From NCBI RefSeq assembly GCF_009914755.1, contig NC_060927.1: a DNA stretch of 64,000 bases, one strand, 5' to 3'. The stretch comes from the human T2T-CHM13v2.0 reference genome, Homo sapiens. Below the pieces are notes generated by a model. That model was given only the letters and a program-made list of their open reading frames with translations, was not told where the DNA came from and did not search any database. Below are positions 1 through 12,510 of the stretch, piece after piece (positions within the stretch are counted from its first letter, which is position 1; every line of letters starts with the position of its first letter). The translations under genes were made by a program, and so were the position numbers.

Positions 1-360
1 ATTGTGTCTTCCCCAATTTATACATTGAAGACCTCACCTCTATCGTGACTACATTTGGAAACAGGACCTAAAAGGAGGTAAGTTTAAATGAGGTGATAAG
101 AGTGGGTCCTGATAGGCTAGGATTAGTGTCCTTATAAGAAGAGACACCAGAAAGCTTGTTCTCTTCATGTGCAACAAAGAAGAGGTTTGTGAGGCAGGAT
201 GGTGGCTACTGGCAAGTCAAGAGAAGAGGCCTCAGAATGAAACCTGCCTTGCTGCCACCGTGATCTTGGACGTCTCAGCCTCCAGAACTGTGAGATATAA
301 ATTTCTTTTGTCTCAGCCACCTAGACTGTGGTATTTTGTTGTGGGAGCCTGAGCTAATCT
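1..360 (+). mobile_element. MaLR solo LTR (MLT1A/MST-like), 5' edge at the window start
   Basis: MaLR motifs: 'aaatgaggtgataagagtggg', 'tgtccttataagaagagacacc', 'gatcttggacgtctcagcctccagaactgtgaga', 'gtggtattttgtt'. Confidence 0.8.
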
Positions 361-1024
361 ACCCTCCCATATCTGTGGTCAGTATTCTAGTGGTCTGAAT
401 CTTGTCATCCTGACAACACTTTGAGCTTGAGATCATGTCTTGTATGTCTTTGCTTTCCTGATGGTGTATACTTGACACTGAAGAATTCATAGTTTGTGAC
501 CAGATCTTTACTACATTTTGTTCACTAACTCAGGAAATTACGTAACCAGTTTTGGGAAACTTCTTGTAAATATATGAAGTAAAAGTTTTGGTGCCAAGAT
601 TAAACTACCTAGAATATATATTTTATTAACTATTCTGAATAACTGGCATGTTATTATAAAATGCTGAGAACAGACTAATCAAGAGGGACATGTTAATTTT
701 TTGAATGTTGTCATTTTCTAGTTTCCAGATAGGCACATGTGCCCAAGACACAGGGGCAAACCTACTGACAATCTCAGCGTCTTCTGGCACATTCGAGTGC
801 CAGCTTTAATTCTGGTTAGTGACAGCTGAAATTGGATCCCAGGTTGCTTGACTCTAAGTTGAGGCTTCCTGGAATGCCAATAAAGGCTATACTCTTGACT
901 TCATTCTGTTCTGCTGGAATTTCCACTTGCTGAGTTTGATGGAGAAAAGCATCCCCACAATAGTAATGCATGAGTCTTTAAATGACTGTGTGTCTTAGTC
1001 CTTATTAATGCAGATGAGACTTTA

Positions 1025-1262
1025 ATAAATTATTTACTGAGCACTTAATATTTGCCAGGCACTATTCCAAGTTTTTTTTTTATATAAACTGCTTATTTAA
1101 TCTCTGTAATGTATCCACAAAGTAGATACTATCACTACTTAAAGCTGAGGCACAGAGTAGTTATGCCAGTTGCCCAAGGTCAGACAGGTAGTAAGTAGAA
1201 AAGCCTGGATTCAGTTTCAGACAGCCTGATTGCAGAGTCCAATCCCTTCACTACGGCATTCT
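1025..1262 (-). mobile_element. MIR SINE
   Basis: Reverse complement of the MIR core and tail: 'tttactgagcactt...gccaggcact', 'gctgaggcacagag...ttgcccaaggtca'. Confidence 0.8.
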
Positions 1263-1442
1263 GTGTCTCTCCGGTTGAGTACAAGTCCCGGAGGACTTGT
1301 CTTTGATTGGTTTCATTAGTAAACCAACATTAGCTAATGTTCTTTGCCACTCTGAATGCTGGTGAAAAGCTGGCAATAGAAGATAATTATTTTCTGGAAG
1401 ATGAGTATTACATATAACGGCTGTGTCATCCTCTGATTCAAG

Positions 1443-1685
1443 GCAGTAGAGTGTAGTCGTTAAAATTGTTCTGGAATTAGACTTTGTGATGTTTTAGCTG
1501 AGTCCTCAGATTTCCAGTTGGTGACTTTGGAAGTTATTTATTCTCTCCGTACCTTAATTTCTTCAGTCTGTACAATGAATAAGAGGAACAGTTCTTACCT
1601 GATAGGGTAATGGAATGGTTAAATGAGGATCTATACAAATTACTTGATCCAGTGCTTCACATGTAGCAAGCACCCAATAAACAAC
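1443..1685 (+). mobile_element. MIR SINE
   Basis: 'gtgtagtcgttaa...gtgactttggaagtta...tctgtacaatg...ttaaatgag...gcacccaataa' follows the MIR consensus order. Confidence 0.7.
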
Positions 1686-2811
1686 CACCACATCACTACC
1701 ATCATTATCACCACCACCATCAAAGTGATTTGGCAGAAAGGTAGTCATGCTATAATGCCTAGCAGCCAGTTATATTCTTTGTTCATCTTAATGTGAATGA
1801 GATAAGTCAATCATAAAGTTACCTAGGATTGAGTGGACTTTTTATAGACCTGGTTATCCAAACTATATGTGGATCTATATCTACATACATATTGAACATG
1901 ATGAATAATTAATGACCCCAATGATGATCCCGAGTAGTGAATAAGAGGCAAGGGACATTTATGGAATATTTTAGAAGTGTTTTTATTAAATGTTATATTT
2001 AGGGTATGAAAGTTTAGAACCTGTTTGTATACCTTAATTTTTTTTTGAGCTAGGTTGCTTCATTCCCAAAGGATTCCAAATAAAACCGATTTTACCTTTT
2101 GTCTTAATGCACTACCATTTTAACATCCAATTATAATATAGATTAATCAGTTAGATCACAAAAACATGCAGGAAGTCAGGAGGGCATGATTTAGCCACTA
2201 GTCCCAGATGCAGCTTGCTGGGGAGGAGGACTCAAGAGTTTTGCAGACTTCCTGCCTTTGTGCCTATCAGCTATGCAATCTTAGGAAGATTACTTAACCT
2301 TTCTCAACCTGTTTTGTCACATTTAAATGGAGACTGTAAGTCTCACCTTGTAAGGTTAAAATGAAGATGATGCTGAAAGCAAAACACCTGGTACACAAGA
2401 AGCAACATATTCAAGTATTTACAGAGAATCTGCTATAAATCTGTGCTGTCTTTCAGAGATAGTGAATATTCTTCTTATGATTTAGAATAAATCTCAATGT
2501 CATGCCCCATGCTGTTAAAACACAACCCTCTCATTGCCAATAAAATGATTTTAAAAGATTATAGGTATTTTGTAGCACATTCAGTGGAGGAGAGTTGTGC
2601 TTCCTCCAAACATCTAGACTTGGACATATCTAAGTTCTGGTAAATAGATATAGAAATAGCCAGAGTTATTGGTACACAGTGGGCCTTAAAGCCTAAGCTT
2701 TGGAAAAACATTAATATGGAGGGAAAAGTCTCAGGAATTAGTGCTACATATCACCCAGATGAATGACCAAACCAAGGTGAATATTGGACATGCTAAAATA
2801 TGGGATTCAGA

Positions 2812-3097
2812 GGCTGCGGTGGCTCATGCCTGTAATCCCAGCACTTGGGAGTCCGAGGTGGGTGGATCACTTGAAGTCAGGAGTTCGAGACCAGCCTGGC
2901 CAAAATAGTGAAACCCTGTCTCTACTAAGTACACAAATATTAGCCGGGCATGATGGTGCATGCCTGCAATCCCAACTACTCGGGACACTGAGGCAGGAGA
3001 ATTGCTTGAACCCAGGTGGAGGTTGCGGTGAGCCGAGATCATGTCATTGAACTCCAGCCTGGGTGATAGAGTAAGACTCTGTCTCAAAGAATAAAAA
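2812..3097 (+). mobile_element. Alu (AluS type), full length
   Basis: Dimeric Alu; TSD aaaa(t/a)atgggattcaga on both sides (~2795-2811 and ~3093-3109). Confidence 0.95.
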
Positions 3098-3319
3098 ATG
3101 GGATTCAGAAGACCAACAGCAGATGATACCTAACCAAAATGTCAATAGATAAATAGGAATCAGAGCAGATCCTGGACAGAAGTGTGTCCCCTGAGCTAGG
3201 CTTGCATAATGAGGTAATGCCTGATATCCATAGCTGAACTGTTACCTTCTCTGTGGGGCTTGCCCAAGCTTTTTATCAAAACGTTACTTCCCCATCTCTG
3301 CCACTGCTCACAACTCTTG

Positions 3320-3522
3320 TCCTCCATGCAACTTTATTACTTCCTGAGCACTTAACACTGTCTCTTATACTGTGTATCTTGTTTATTGACTGTTTACCCC
3401 AACAGAATGGAAACGTCTTAGGGATAGGAATTTTTGTCTTTTTTGCTCACTTCTGATACCTCAGGGCTTAGAAGAGTACCTTGCATATAGGAAGCATTCA
3501 GTGAATATTTTTTAATGAATGA
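3320..3522 (+). mobile_element. L2 3' end fragment
   Basis: L2-type tail 'cttagaagagtaccttgcatataggaagcattcagtgaatatt...tgaatga'. Confidence 0.65.
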
Positions 3523-4275
3523 GCCACGTTACAGTTCATATTTGTGTCATTCCTAGTTATTGTAAGCATATATTCCATTTAGGTAAACTATTGATAGTCC
3601 ATTGCCTTCTGTAGATTTAGTCATTTTCAGTAAGTCTATTCTTAACCCTACAAAGTTCTTTTGGAAATTGCTAAGGAAAATGTGTTAACTGATAGACTAA
3701 AATCCTGATATTCATAATTCCTGTGTCCAGAGTAGGCAGACCAGGTAAAAGCGCCTCCTACCAATGGTGCCTAAAAAATGATTATTTTAACAGACTCTGA
3801 CTGACCATGTATACACAATAACAAGCCATATTTGTTTCATTTATTGAGAAGTATAAATATTAGCCTATAACATCAAAGGATATTCTCCAAATAAATAAGG
3901 GGTGATTATTGGACATAAAGTTTGCCATCAAGCTTTCTGAGGTTACCAAAGTTCTGTTTATGCTGTGAGTCTATAGAACTCACATCCCCTGTCATGGCAT
4001 AAGTATGTGCAGCAGATTGTCCTGTGTGACTCCAGATCAAACCTATGTTCATTACAGTTTCCTTCTAGGACACTTTTAACATTAAATTCAATTATGCTGT
4101 AAGTACTTTAAATATCATTGCCAGTGCTTCCTATGAAAGATAAGTTTTTCCTTCATAGTATATGAGTAAAAGAAAAAGCATTAAATTCTTAAAGGTAATT
4201 TTTCTCATATCCAAGAACATGTATTTTTGATTTGATAATGTGTTTTAATGGAAAAAAAATTCAGTGAAGAGTCAC

Positions 4276-4802
4276 TGTGGTAGGCGAACTGTCATTTATA
4301 GCTTCCCAAAGTGTCCCTATCCCAATCCTCAGAAGCTTTGAATATCTTACCTTGGATAGCAAAAGAATATCTTACCTTGGATAATCACATTGCAGACGTG
4401 ATTAAGTTTAAGGACCTTGAGATAAGGAGATTTTCCTAAAGTATCTGAGTGCATACAATCTAATAATTTGAATCTTTAAAAGTGGAGAATTTTTCCCATA
4501 TCACCCACAAAGAGGGTGATAGGAAGATGTTGTGTTGCTGACTTTGAAGATGAAGGAAGAGAATAACTGGCACCAAAGAACACAGGCAAGCAATAGAAGC
4601 TGGGAAAAAAACAACTGAAAAACAAATTCTCCTTTAGAGCCTCCATAAGGAAACTCTGCCTTCCCTGCAGACAGGTTGATTTTAGCTCAGTGAGACCCAT
4701 TTAGGATTTCTTACCTAAAGAGCTATAAGATAATATACTTTTGTTATTTTAAGCCACTAAGTTTGTGGTGATTTGCTACAACAGCAATGTAAAATTAATA
4801 TA
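4276..4802 (+). mobile_element. MaLR solo LTR (MLT1D-like)
   Basis: Starts TGTGGTAGGC; 'gtgattaag...ccttgagat', 'gactttgaagatgaaggaa', 'tttaagccactaagtttgtgg'; intact 5-bp TSD GTCAC (4271-4275 and 4803-4807). Confidence 0.9.
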
Positions 4803-6022
4803 GTCACTGGCTGTTGAATAAACAATACTTGTAGTATTTGTTTTAAAACTTTTGTTCTGTAAAACAACTGTTAGACCTGTGCAAGTAAACATGTTATTAA
4901 GAAAATTTTTCTTGCTATTAATGTCATACGAATTAAGTGGCTTAAAGTGTATTTTGAGCTAAGTATTTCTATGGGTGACATTGTAATTTAAAAATCAGAT
5001 AATTTAGAAATATTTGAACTGTGACAGATTATCTTATAGTGGATTAGGACATATTTCCTTTGCATTCTTAATCCAAACACTATGAAAGCACTTTGGTATT
5101 TTTTAGTGGGTACATTTCAATGTTTGACGAGTTGGCTTACATCTTGTTTACAGGCGCTGGAGTTAATTTTTCATGAGTGATAAATTGTCAGTTAACATGA
5201 GCTTTTGCAAGTGAAATTTGAAACTCTACTAAATGTTGAGTGTAATATTGAAGTGTATTAGGTCAAATGGCTAAACACAAGCAATGCATTGGCACTGATT
5301 CAACATCCTAATGATCCAACTGCATTCCTTTGCATGAAAAGTATTTATAGTAGTTTAATTCATAGTATTCTTTAGCTCTGAGTTTTGTTTAAGAAGGCTA
5401 GTGAAGTTAATTATGTTGTCTAGAAATGGAAAAAGAAATCCACCAACAACCCCTAAGAATGCTGCTAATGTTGATATGATTGAATTCATAGTAGAGGCAG
5501 CTGGATTTAATTATCAGTTTGCAATGTTGCGGTTTCAGCAGCAGTTGCTGAGGAATGGATAATGCAAGTAGCCTTCAAAGCCACTCACATTAGAGATAAA
5601 AACCTTGTCATTGAGTCAGACAGCTGACTGAACAAGTATTAAAATGAACAAAGATTTCCCAAGGGAAGTTGCAGACTAAGGTTTGGTTTTGTCTCCTTGG
5701 CTTCAATTCAAATATGTCAGACATATAGGATTTTTCTCTTTTCTAACTCAAAATGTTGGCCATTCTTAGCATTAGAGGTGGGTTTGGGGAGAGGTTGAGA
5801 GTGGGGGCATTTAGTGGCAATTATATAAATCTTTGGTTAGCTAATTACTCCACTCTTTATTCAGCTCATTTATGGGGAGAAATGTAGAAGAGAATCCCTA
5901 GGTTCTAATTATTTTAGCAGTGTTACCTAAGTATCAACTTAAGTACTTTTGCAGCTGTGACTGAGTTTGCTAAAAGCAACAGTGGTGACTGGTAGCAGAA
6001 ATCAAATATTTTCCCTGTAAAT

Positions 6023-6245
6023 CAGGTTTACTCAACAGCAGCACTATTGACATTTTGAACCAGATAATTCTCTGTTGGGGAAGGGCGGGGGCTGTCCTTT
6101 GCATTATGGTCAGCAGAATTTCTAGCCTCTGTGTGTGGAATGCTAGAGCACTCCCTCTCCATTGTGAAGACTAAAAATGTCTCTAGATATTGCCAGAAGT
6201 CCACTGGGGGAGAGGGTGCAAAATTCTCCTCACTGAGAATCACTG
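6023..6245 (-). mobile_element. MER20 (hAT-Charlie non-autonomous DNA transposon), complete
   Basis: 'ctcaacagcagcactattgacattttgaaccagataattct' and terminal 'tgagaatcactg'; degenerate 8-bp TSD ctgtaaat/ctataagt. Confidence 0.85.
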
Positions 6246-7014
6246 CTATAAGTCTGAGAGGAAATATGCAAGTTACTTTTGGAAGGTACAGGTTTCTCAT
6301 TCTAACGAGCTCTTGGTGTTTTCACCTTACTGTTCCATAAAAATGGCAGTTCCTGTGCTTAGTGCTTAGTATCCTCAAGAGAATGGAATACTTGCAGGAA
6401 ATACTAACATCTTAGTGTTTAAGTGGGTGTGTAACCACACAGACACTCCTGACCTTTATACATCAGCTTTGTTTGCTTTTACAAATAATATCTTTATGAT
6501 ATTTTAGAGAGAACATTCAGAAGCATAACATCTCTCAACATAAATTCTATAGTTGGAGCTGCTTCTCTGCACAGCAGTACTTCATCCTGTAGGAAGCAGC
6601 CCTTTAGCAACATAAGATATGAAACAGCAGGATGCAATAAGAAAGGAATGAATCTTTAATGAATAGTTTTTAATAGAAGTCACATTGTTTTAATAATGGG
6701 GAAGATAACATGGTATTAGTGCTGGCAATTAATTAAGGAATTCTTGCCAAGATAATTGGTAATCATTTTCTTAATTTCTTTGTGTGATTCAATAAATACA
6801 TTTTGTGGGTTTTTTTTTTTTGAGTGTGATAACATTAGCTGACTGAATTATAGCTCTCTTTGCACGAAGATTAGAGTTACCAAAATGTTCAGGGAATTTG
6901 TCCTGCATTATGTTGACTAATATATCTAAAGAATAGTTAAAGATTTGCCTGTTTTTAAAAGTATGATGCAAAATAAAACACGGGTAGCAGAAATCAAATA
7001 TTTTCTCTGTAAAT

Positions 7015-7147
7015 CAGGGTTTCTCAACAGCAGCACTGTTGACATTTTGAGCCAGATAATTCTTTGTTGCGGGGGCTATCCTGCGCATTATGTTCAGCAG
7101 CATTTCTGGCCTCTATGCACTGAATGCTAGAACACCCCCTCCCAGTT
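7015..7147 (-). mobile_element. MER20 partial copy, part of a local duplication of 5991-6160
   Basis: Same MER20 terminus and same 32-bp unique flank as the copy at 6023. Confidence 0.85.
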
Positions 7148-7239
7148 AGGTCCATTTGTGAGATTTTGGTGTGTTTTTAATACCCTTTCACCTCAAAACC
7201 CCCACCTAAAGAACACAGGAGTGCACAGATCGGTTACAG

Positions 7240-7450
7240 TCTGAACGGACGAGAATGAGCCAGGAAATCTGAATTGTGTTCCTGGCTTTCTCACCTATGT
7301 GACCTTAAACAGGCTGAGATTTAGTCTTCTTGTTTTCCTTATATACAGTAGGCAATAAACCATCCCCGCTCAATCCCTCATAAAATATTATCAGGATTAA
7401 TTAGAGAATTCATTTGAAGTGTGTTGTGAGCCTAGAAGAAAAGCACTATC
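7240..7450 (+). mobile_element. MIR SINE, degenerate
   Basis: 'ctatgtgacctt...gttttccttat...aggattaattagaga'. Confidence 0.55.
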
Positions 7451-8544
7451 TGTAATACAAGATATTACTTGTTTTTTCCTTGCTCTTCTCTGTTTTATGC
7501 AGCTCTGCTTCCCCAGTCTACTCTCATCTATCCATTTAGCTGCTGGGGGTTGATTAAACTGTTACTCACACTCTTTCCCAGCTCGCATTAAAGGAACAGT
7601 ATTAGATTTCATTTTGTTGAGAGATTTAAACACTACCTTGTCTGACAGATTTTGAATTCACCTCTTAAATGCATTCCTACAGGCCCCAGCCACAAATATC
7701 AACAAAGTTGAAAACACCAACTTTATTTCTTAGTCACCTTGAATAAAAATGATGCTGTTTATTTTTAACACGTTTGGAATATTCAGTTACAAACACTATC
7801 AGTTCTGATGGACTTCAGTAATGGGAATAGTGTCTGTGCTTTTTTTATGGAAAACTTATTTCTAACAGTTCTCTTTTTTGTAAATCTAATTGCTTTTGGT
7901 TCACCAAGAATTCATGGGCAATTGCTTTTCTCACTATTACAAATATATTGCAAGTGGAGCTTTTATATTCAGGGTTGCTGACCTGAATCTGTTTTCCTTC
8001 ACAGTAATCTTGTGCTGTTTCCAAGCTTAGGAAAGCTGACAGAGTTTGAAAAGACAATATTCATCAGTCAGACTATGGGTGCTGCTTTTGCATCTTTTAT
8101 ACGTAATTGTCAAAACATTCTATTAATACCCAACTACAGGCCAATGCATGAAAATATAATCGGAACATTGCAGAAGTGATGCAGAGACAAACAGGAACTT
8201 GAAACCGTCCCTCATTTTTGACCCCAATTTACTGCTATCCCACACAAATTTGGTGTTCTCAATTTCTGAAGAAATTATCTATATCAGACATGCAGGCTTA
8301 TGGTCCAGAGGTTATAGGAAATGTCACTTTATATTAAAAAAGAACCCACCTCAAACCTGGCGTTGTGCTTTGCTCCTTGCATTAATAATGATGTCTTTCC
8401 AGCTCTCATTCTGCTTTTCAGTCCTGGGGGACACATATTTTAATTTTTTATTGGCTGTGGTAGAGTTTCAGCAGATTCATAGGAAGCGCTTCCCATATGC
8501 TTCCTGATCCATGCAACCAGAGGCTGCAGAGGGGTGTGGATACT

Positions 8545-8583
<39 letters not shown>

Positions 8584-8584
8584 A
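8545..8584. repeat. (TG)n microsatellite with one interruption
   Basis: Directly visible. Confidence 0.95.
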
Positions 8585-9814
8585 TGCATGTGCTGGTTGA
8601 TGAGGGAGGAGTGACAACTGTTGATTTCAATTGACATAGCCCATTGTGTCCTTAAAGTAGATACGAATCAGGATATTTATATGCACTTAGCCATTTTTCC
8701 CCTCCTAACAGGTCTTGGACTTTGAAATTTGATGGTAAAATGGATTGGGATGGTAAAAGTAATAAAGGAGAAGTCAGTTTATCCATGATTTAATCTATAT
8801 GGTAAAATCCATCAAAATTCAAAGGTTTATAAGGTCGCATGTTAGGAAAAAGTTTTGGTTACTGATACAGCCTATTAGTTTCTACAATTTCCACCCTCCT
8901 CCACTCTACTCATGACTGCCTGGCCTGACAGCATTTGAAAGGTGGGGCATTGTATATGCCTTAACGTTTAGTTTTAATTTATACTCCCTAAAATTTTTAT
9001 GTGTAAATATTTTCCAATTTAAGTGTTTAACCATAAAATATATTTAGAGACTTGAAAAAAGCAGAGAATATCATATTTATGATAATTTACCATTTTAAGA
9101 AAGGACACAGTGCTTCTCAAATAAGTAGTTGTATGATCCGACTCTTCAGGTGATGACAGCTTTGTTGATTGAGAGGCAAGTAGAGGGGGATTGTCTGGGC
9201 AGTCCATCATTAATACAGGTGTAAATCACCTGGTGGAGCAGAAAACAAATGTGTGGTACATGTATTTCTATCTGAATTATAATATTTATTCCCCATGTAA
9301 GCTACAGTGTGTTCTGAAAAAGGGTTTCTGGGATCCTTTCTTTGCCCATGGGTTTCACATTGCTCAATGAAAATATGTTATCGTTGTTGAAAAAAGGTTT
9401 TTATGAGCATATTTGAATCATATTTTCTATCATAATCTCAATTATGTTTAAAAATCTGGAATCCTGCTTTTCATGTATGTAAGTGGAAGAGCTAACTAGA
9501 AAGCTTTTTATCATTAGATAAAAGTTAATGGTGTCTTTACTTCCCAAGATCCCCCAAATTTGTCTTTTATTTTGATATCCAAATTAGTGCCTTATATATT
9601 TACCACCCACCCTTAATTTTGTTCTTGAATGGTTTTAACTGTATAAAGTTTGCCTCCTTTTAACAAGGTGGGAGTGATGGTACATGTATGAAAAGCTGTT
9701 TGATACCAGAGAGTGTATGGTACTTAGCATTTTCTCAGGCCCACGTATTTTTAGAACTGAAAAAAAATAGCCTTCAAAGACCATTTCCCCAGTCATCTGG
9801 CTTTTTAAAGAGGA

Positions 9815-10745
9815 CTGAGCATGTCCAAAACTGAGCTCCTCATCTTCATCTTGAACTTAACTATTGTCAGGGGTTGCCTCTTCTTATGCAAGTACTTTTC
9901 TTCCCGTTGCCCAGGCCAAAAATCTGGGTATCATCCTTGACTTCTCTCTTTCTTTTATACCCCATGCCTAATCTTTCAAAAAATTCCTTGGTTTTATGAT
10001 CAGATTATGTCCAGAACCTGTCACTTTTTACCACTTCCATTGCTCTAGCTTCATTCAAGTTACCATCATCTTTTGCTTTGAGTATTATAGTAGCTTCTTA
10101 ACTGGTTCCCTCCTTTCACCTTTGCTTTTTTTTTTCTCTTCTTACAAAGCAGCCAGAATGATCTGATGACAGCGTAGGCAGAGTGTGTTCTTCCTTTGAT
10201 TAAAAGCTTCAGTGGCTCCCCACTTATCCACTGCTTATGAGAATCTACATGATCTTCCTCCATTACCCTTTATCTCTCTGAACTCACCTCCTCAGACTTC
10301 CACACTTCCCTCTTTCCTTTCCAACTACACTGGACTCTTCGCCGTTTCTCATATGTGCTGGGCATGTTCCTGCCTCAGGCCTTTGCACTAGCTCTTGTTC
10401 AACTGTTGTCATGCCTGTACCTTTCTGTTAGATATCTGCACAATGGGATCCCTCCATCCTTTAGTGTCTCATTCCCATGAAAGTATCTTGCCTATCTTTA
10501 AACTCACAACTTGTTTTCTTGGCCCTCTCTATCCTCCCTGCCTTGTTTAGCATTTTTCCCCTCTCTGACACCGCTTTCTAGCAGACTACACTGTTTACTT
10601 ACTTATTTTATTTATTTATGTATTTATTTTTGTCATCACCTACTACAACGTCAGATCTCTGAAGGCAGAATTTTTTTTTCAATGTCATATTCACAACCCA
10701 GAATAGTGCTTGGTACATGGCATATTCTAAATAATCATTCTCATT
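9815..10745 (+). mobile_element. L2 LINE 3' portion
   Basis: 'catgtccaaaactgagctcct', 'ccaggccaaaaatctgggtatcatccttgact', 'cctgcctcaggcctttgcact', tail 'agaatagtgcttggtacat'. Confidence 0.85.
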
Positions 10746-10799
10746 AAGTTACTATTTACTGTGGATAAATTTTCACTTCCATCATTTACCTAGATTCTC

Positions 10800-11140
10800 C
10801 TCTGTGCTTCTTGGACAATTTCACACAAGTGTTAGATCTTGACTCATGAGTTGACTTTGAACAGATAGAAAGAAGCCAGAGGCATTCAAAGAGCTGGGAG
10901 AGGGTGTGCAAAGACACTGAGGTAGGAAGAGAGCAGTGTGTGAAGATTTGAGGGTGGAAAGAGGCAAGAGTGTAGGAAAGGAAATGGTGGGAGAACAACA
11001 TGCAAAAGTTAACAGCAAACAGATTACAAGTGCCTTGTATATCATACCAAGGTGTCTGAATTTATCCTCTAAGCAGTGGTGAGTCATTAAAAGATTACAC
11101 AGGAGTTGACTTGACTCAGATTAGTATTTTGGGGAAAAGA
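10800..11140 (-). mobile_element. L2 fragment, degenerate
   Basis: Purine-rich L2 antisense motifs 'tgagttgactttgaa', 'tgaatttatcct...gagtcattaaaag'. Confidence 0.5.
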
Positions 11141-12065
11141 ACTCGACAAAGTAAATTCCTTTTAGAAAGTATGAACTCTTCAAATGTGTAGATGGGTATA
11201 GAGAACAATTTTTATAACATAAGTATCATGAAATAATATTCTATACAGGTTATAACCTAAATAAATTTGGATCCAAGTTATAGACACAGTTATATTTGCA
11301 CATCTGAGCATGAACAAGGGCTTGTGTGATCTATGTAAAACGAATGCCTTTGGACCCTGTCACAGTTTTAAGAATTTTATATTACTGAAGTGATGTTCCT
11401 GCTTTACCATCATGACAGGAGGCTTGTTACTGTACTTCCTAATCATTGAATGTATTTTGATATTATTTGCAGCTAAAGAGAAAATGATAACTTCCATTTT
11501 AATCAGAGGCATTTTCAATTGCTCTCCAATCTAAATTCATAAAGAAAAATGGACTAAAATTTTTAGTATGGAATCCAATTTCTTTTTGAAAACAAAGACT
11601 TTTCTTTGTGGAAGAAAAAATAATCCATAGGGGAATAAATTTTATTTATGGAGGAGGTGTTGGAGGATGCTATTTTAGAGACAGTATGCAGGTTGCCAAA
11701 CAGTGATTGTGCTTTTGTAGGTAAAGAGCCTCTACCAGCTGGACAGCCTCTGGAAATAGCCACATGTTCAATTAAAATGTTTTAGCAAATTTATTGAGAG
11801 TCAGGTAGTTTTTCGTTTTTATCTCAACTTCCAGCACATCAAAGGAACTTAGCTTTAATTGCCTCTTGTAGGAATTAATCTGTATGGAAGCCTATCTCTA
11901 AATAGCCAGAGAGGCCATGACCAAATGTGAAGCCAATCTTCTCTCCACACTTGCAAGTGCCCCAAAGAGATTTGCTCACATGTAAACAGACCCCTATTGG
12001 GTTCCTATTAGTAGAGTTAGCAAAACTTATTTTACATTGAGATTTTATAAATTCTAATAACTTTT

Positions 12066-12510
12066 TTGTCAGTTGGGATTTTTGATTCCAAGAGAGAGAA
12101 ACTGATTGGTTATTTTAAACCCCAGAAGACTTTACTGGAAGGCTAGTGGAGGAAGAAAGGGGAATACAAGTTGATGGGAATGTGGAGTCTGATACAGAAA
12201 ATTTACAGATGCCAGAGAGTTCTGGGGGAAGCAGGGGCCACAGTCATAGCAGAATTCTATTGCTGCTGCAAGGAATCTGGCCTCCAGAAACAACTTCACG
12301 TTTCAAGCTGCCAGAAGCAAGTGGCTGATAGGCTAACAGGGAGTGAGTGAAACAGAGAGAAGCTCTGTCCTTTTCTGTCCTCAGTGGGAGGCAATAGTAC
12401 AAGGTAGGTCCTAACTATTAAGATAATCCCAAATGGAGAATTTCATCCAAAGGGAGACCACAGTGTTCATAGGGAATCATGGGTGGGGGAGATTGGGTAC
12501 TCTCAAAATG
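12066..12510 (-). mobile_element. Old MaLR LTR (MLT1K/L/M-like)
   Basis: 'gtcagttggga...ccaagagagagaaactga' start and 'tccaaagggagaccacagtgttc' near the end; highly diverged. Confidence 0.4.

Noticed and set aside
7154-7171. 18-bp exact match to the L1PB segment at 55636-55653, next to the duplicated MER20 end
   Set aside because: A single T-rich 18-mer match can arise by chance in 64 kb; no extension on either side
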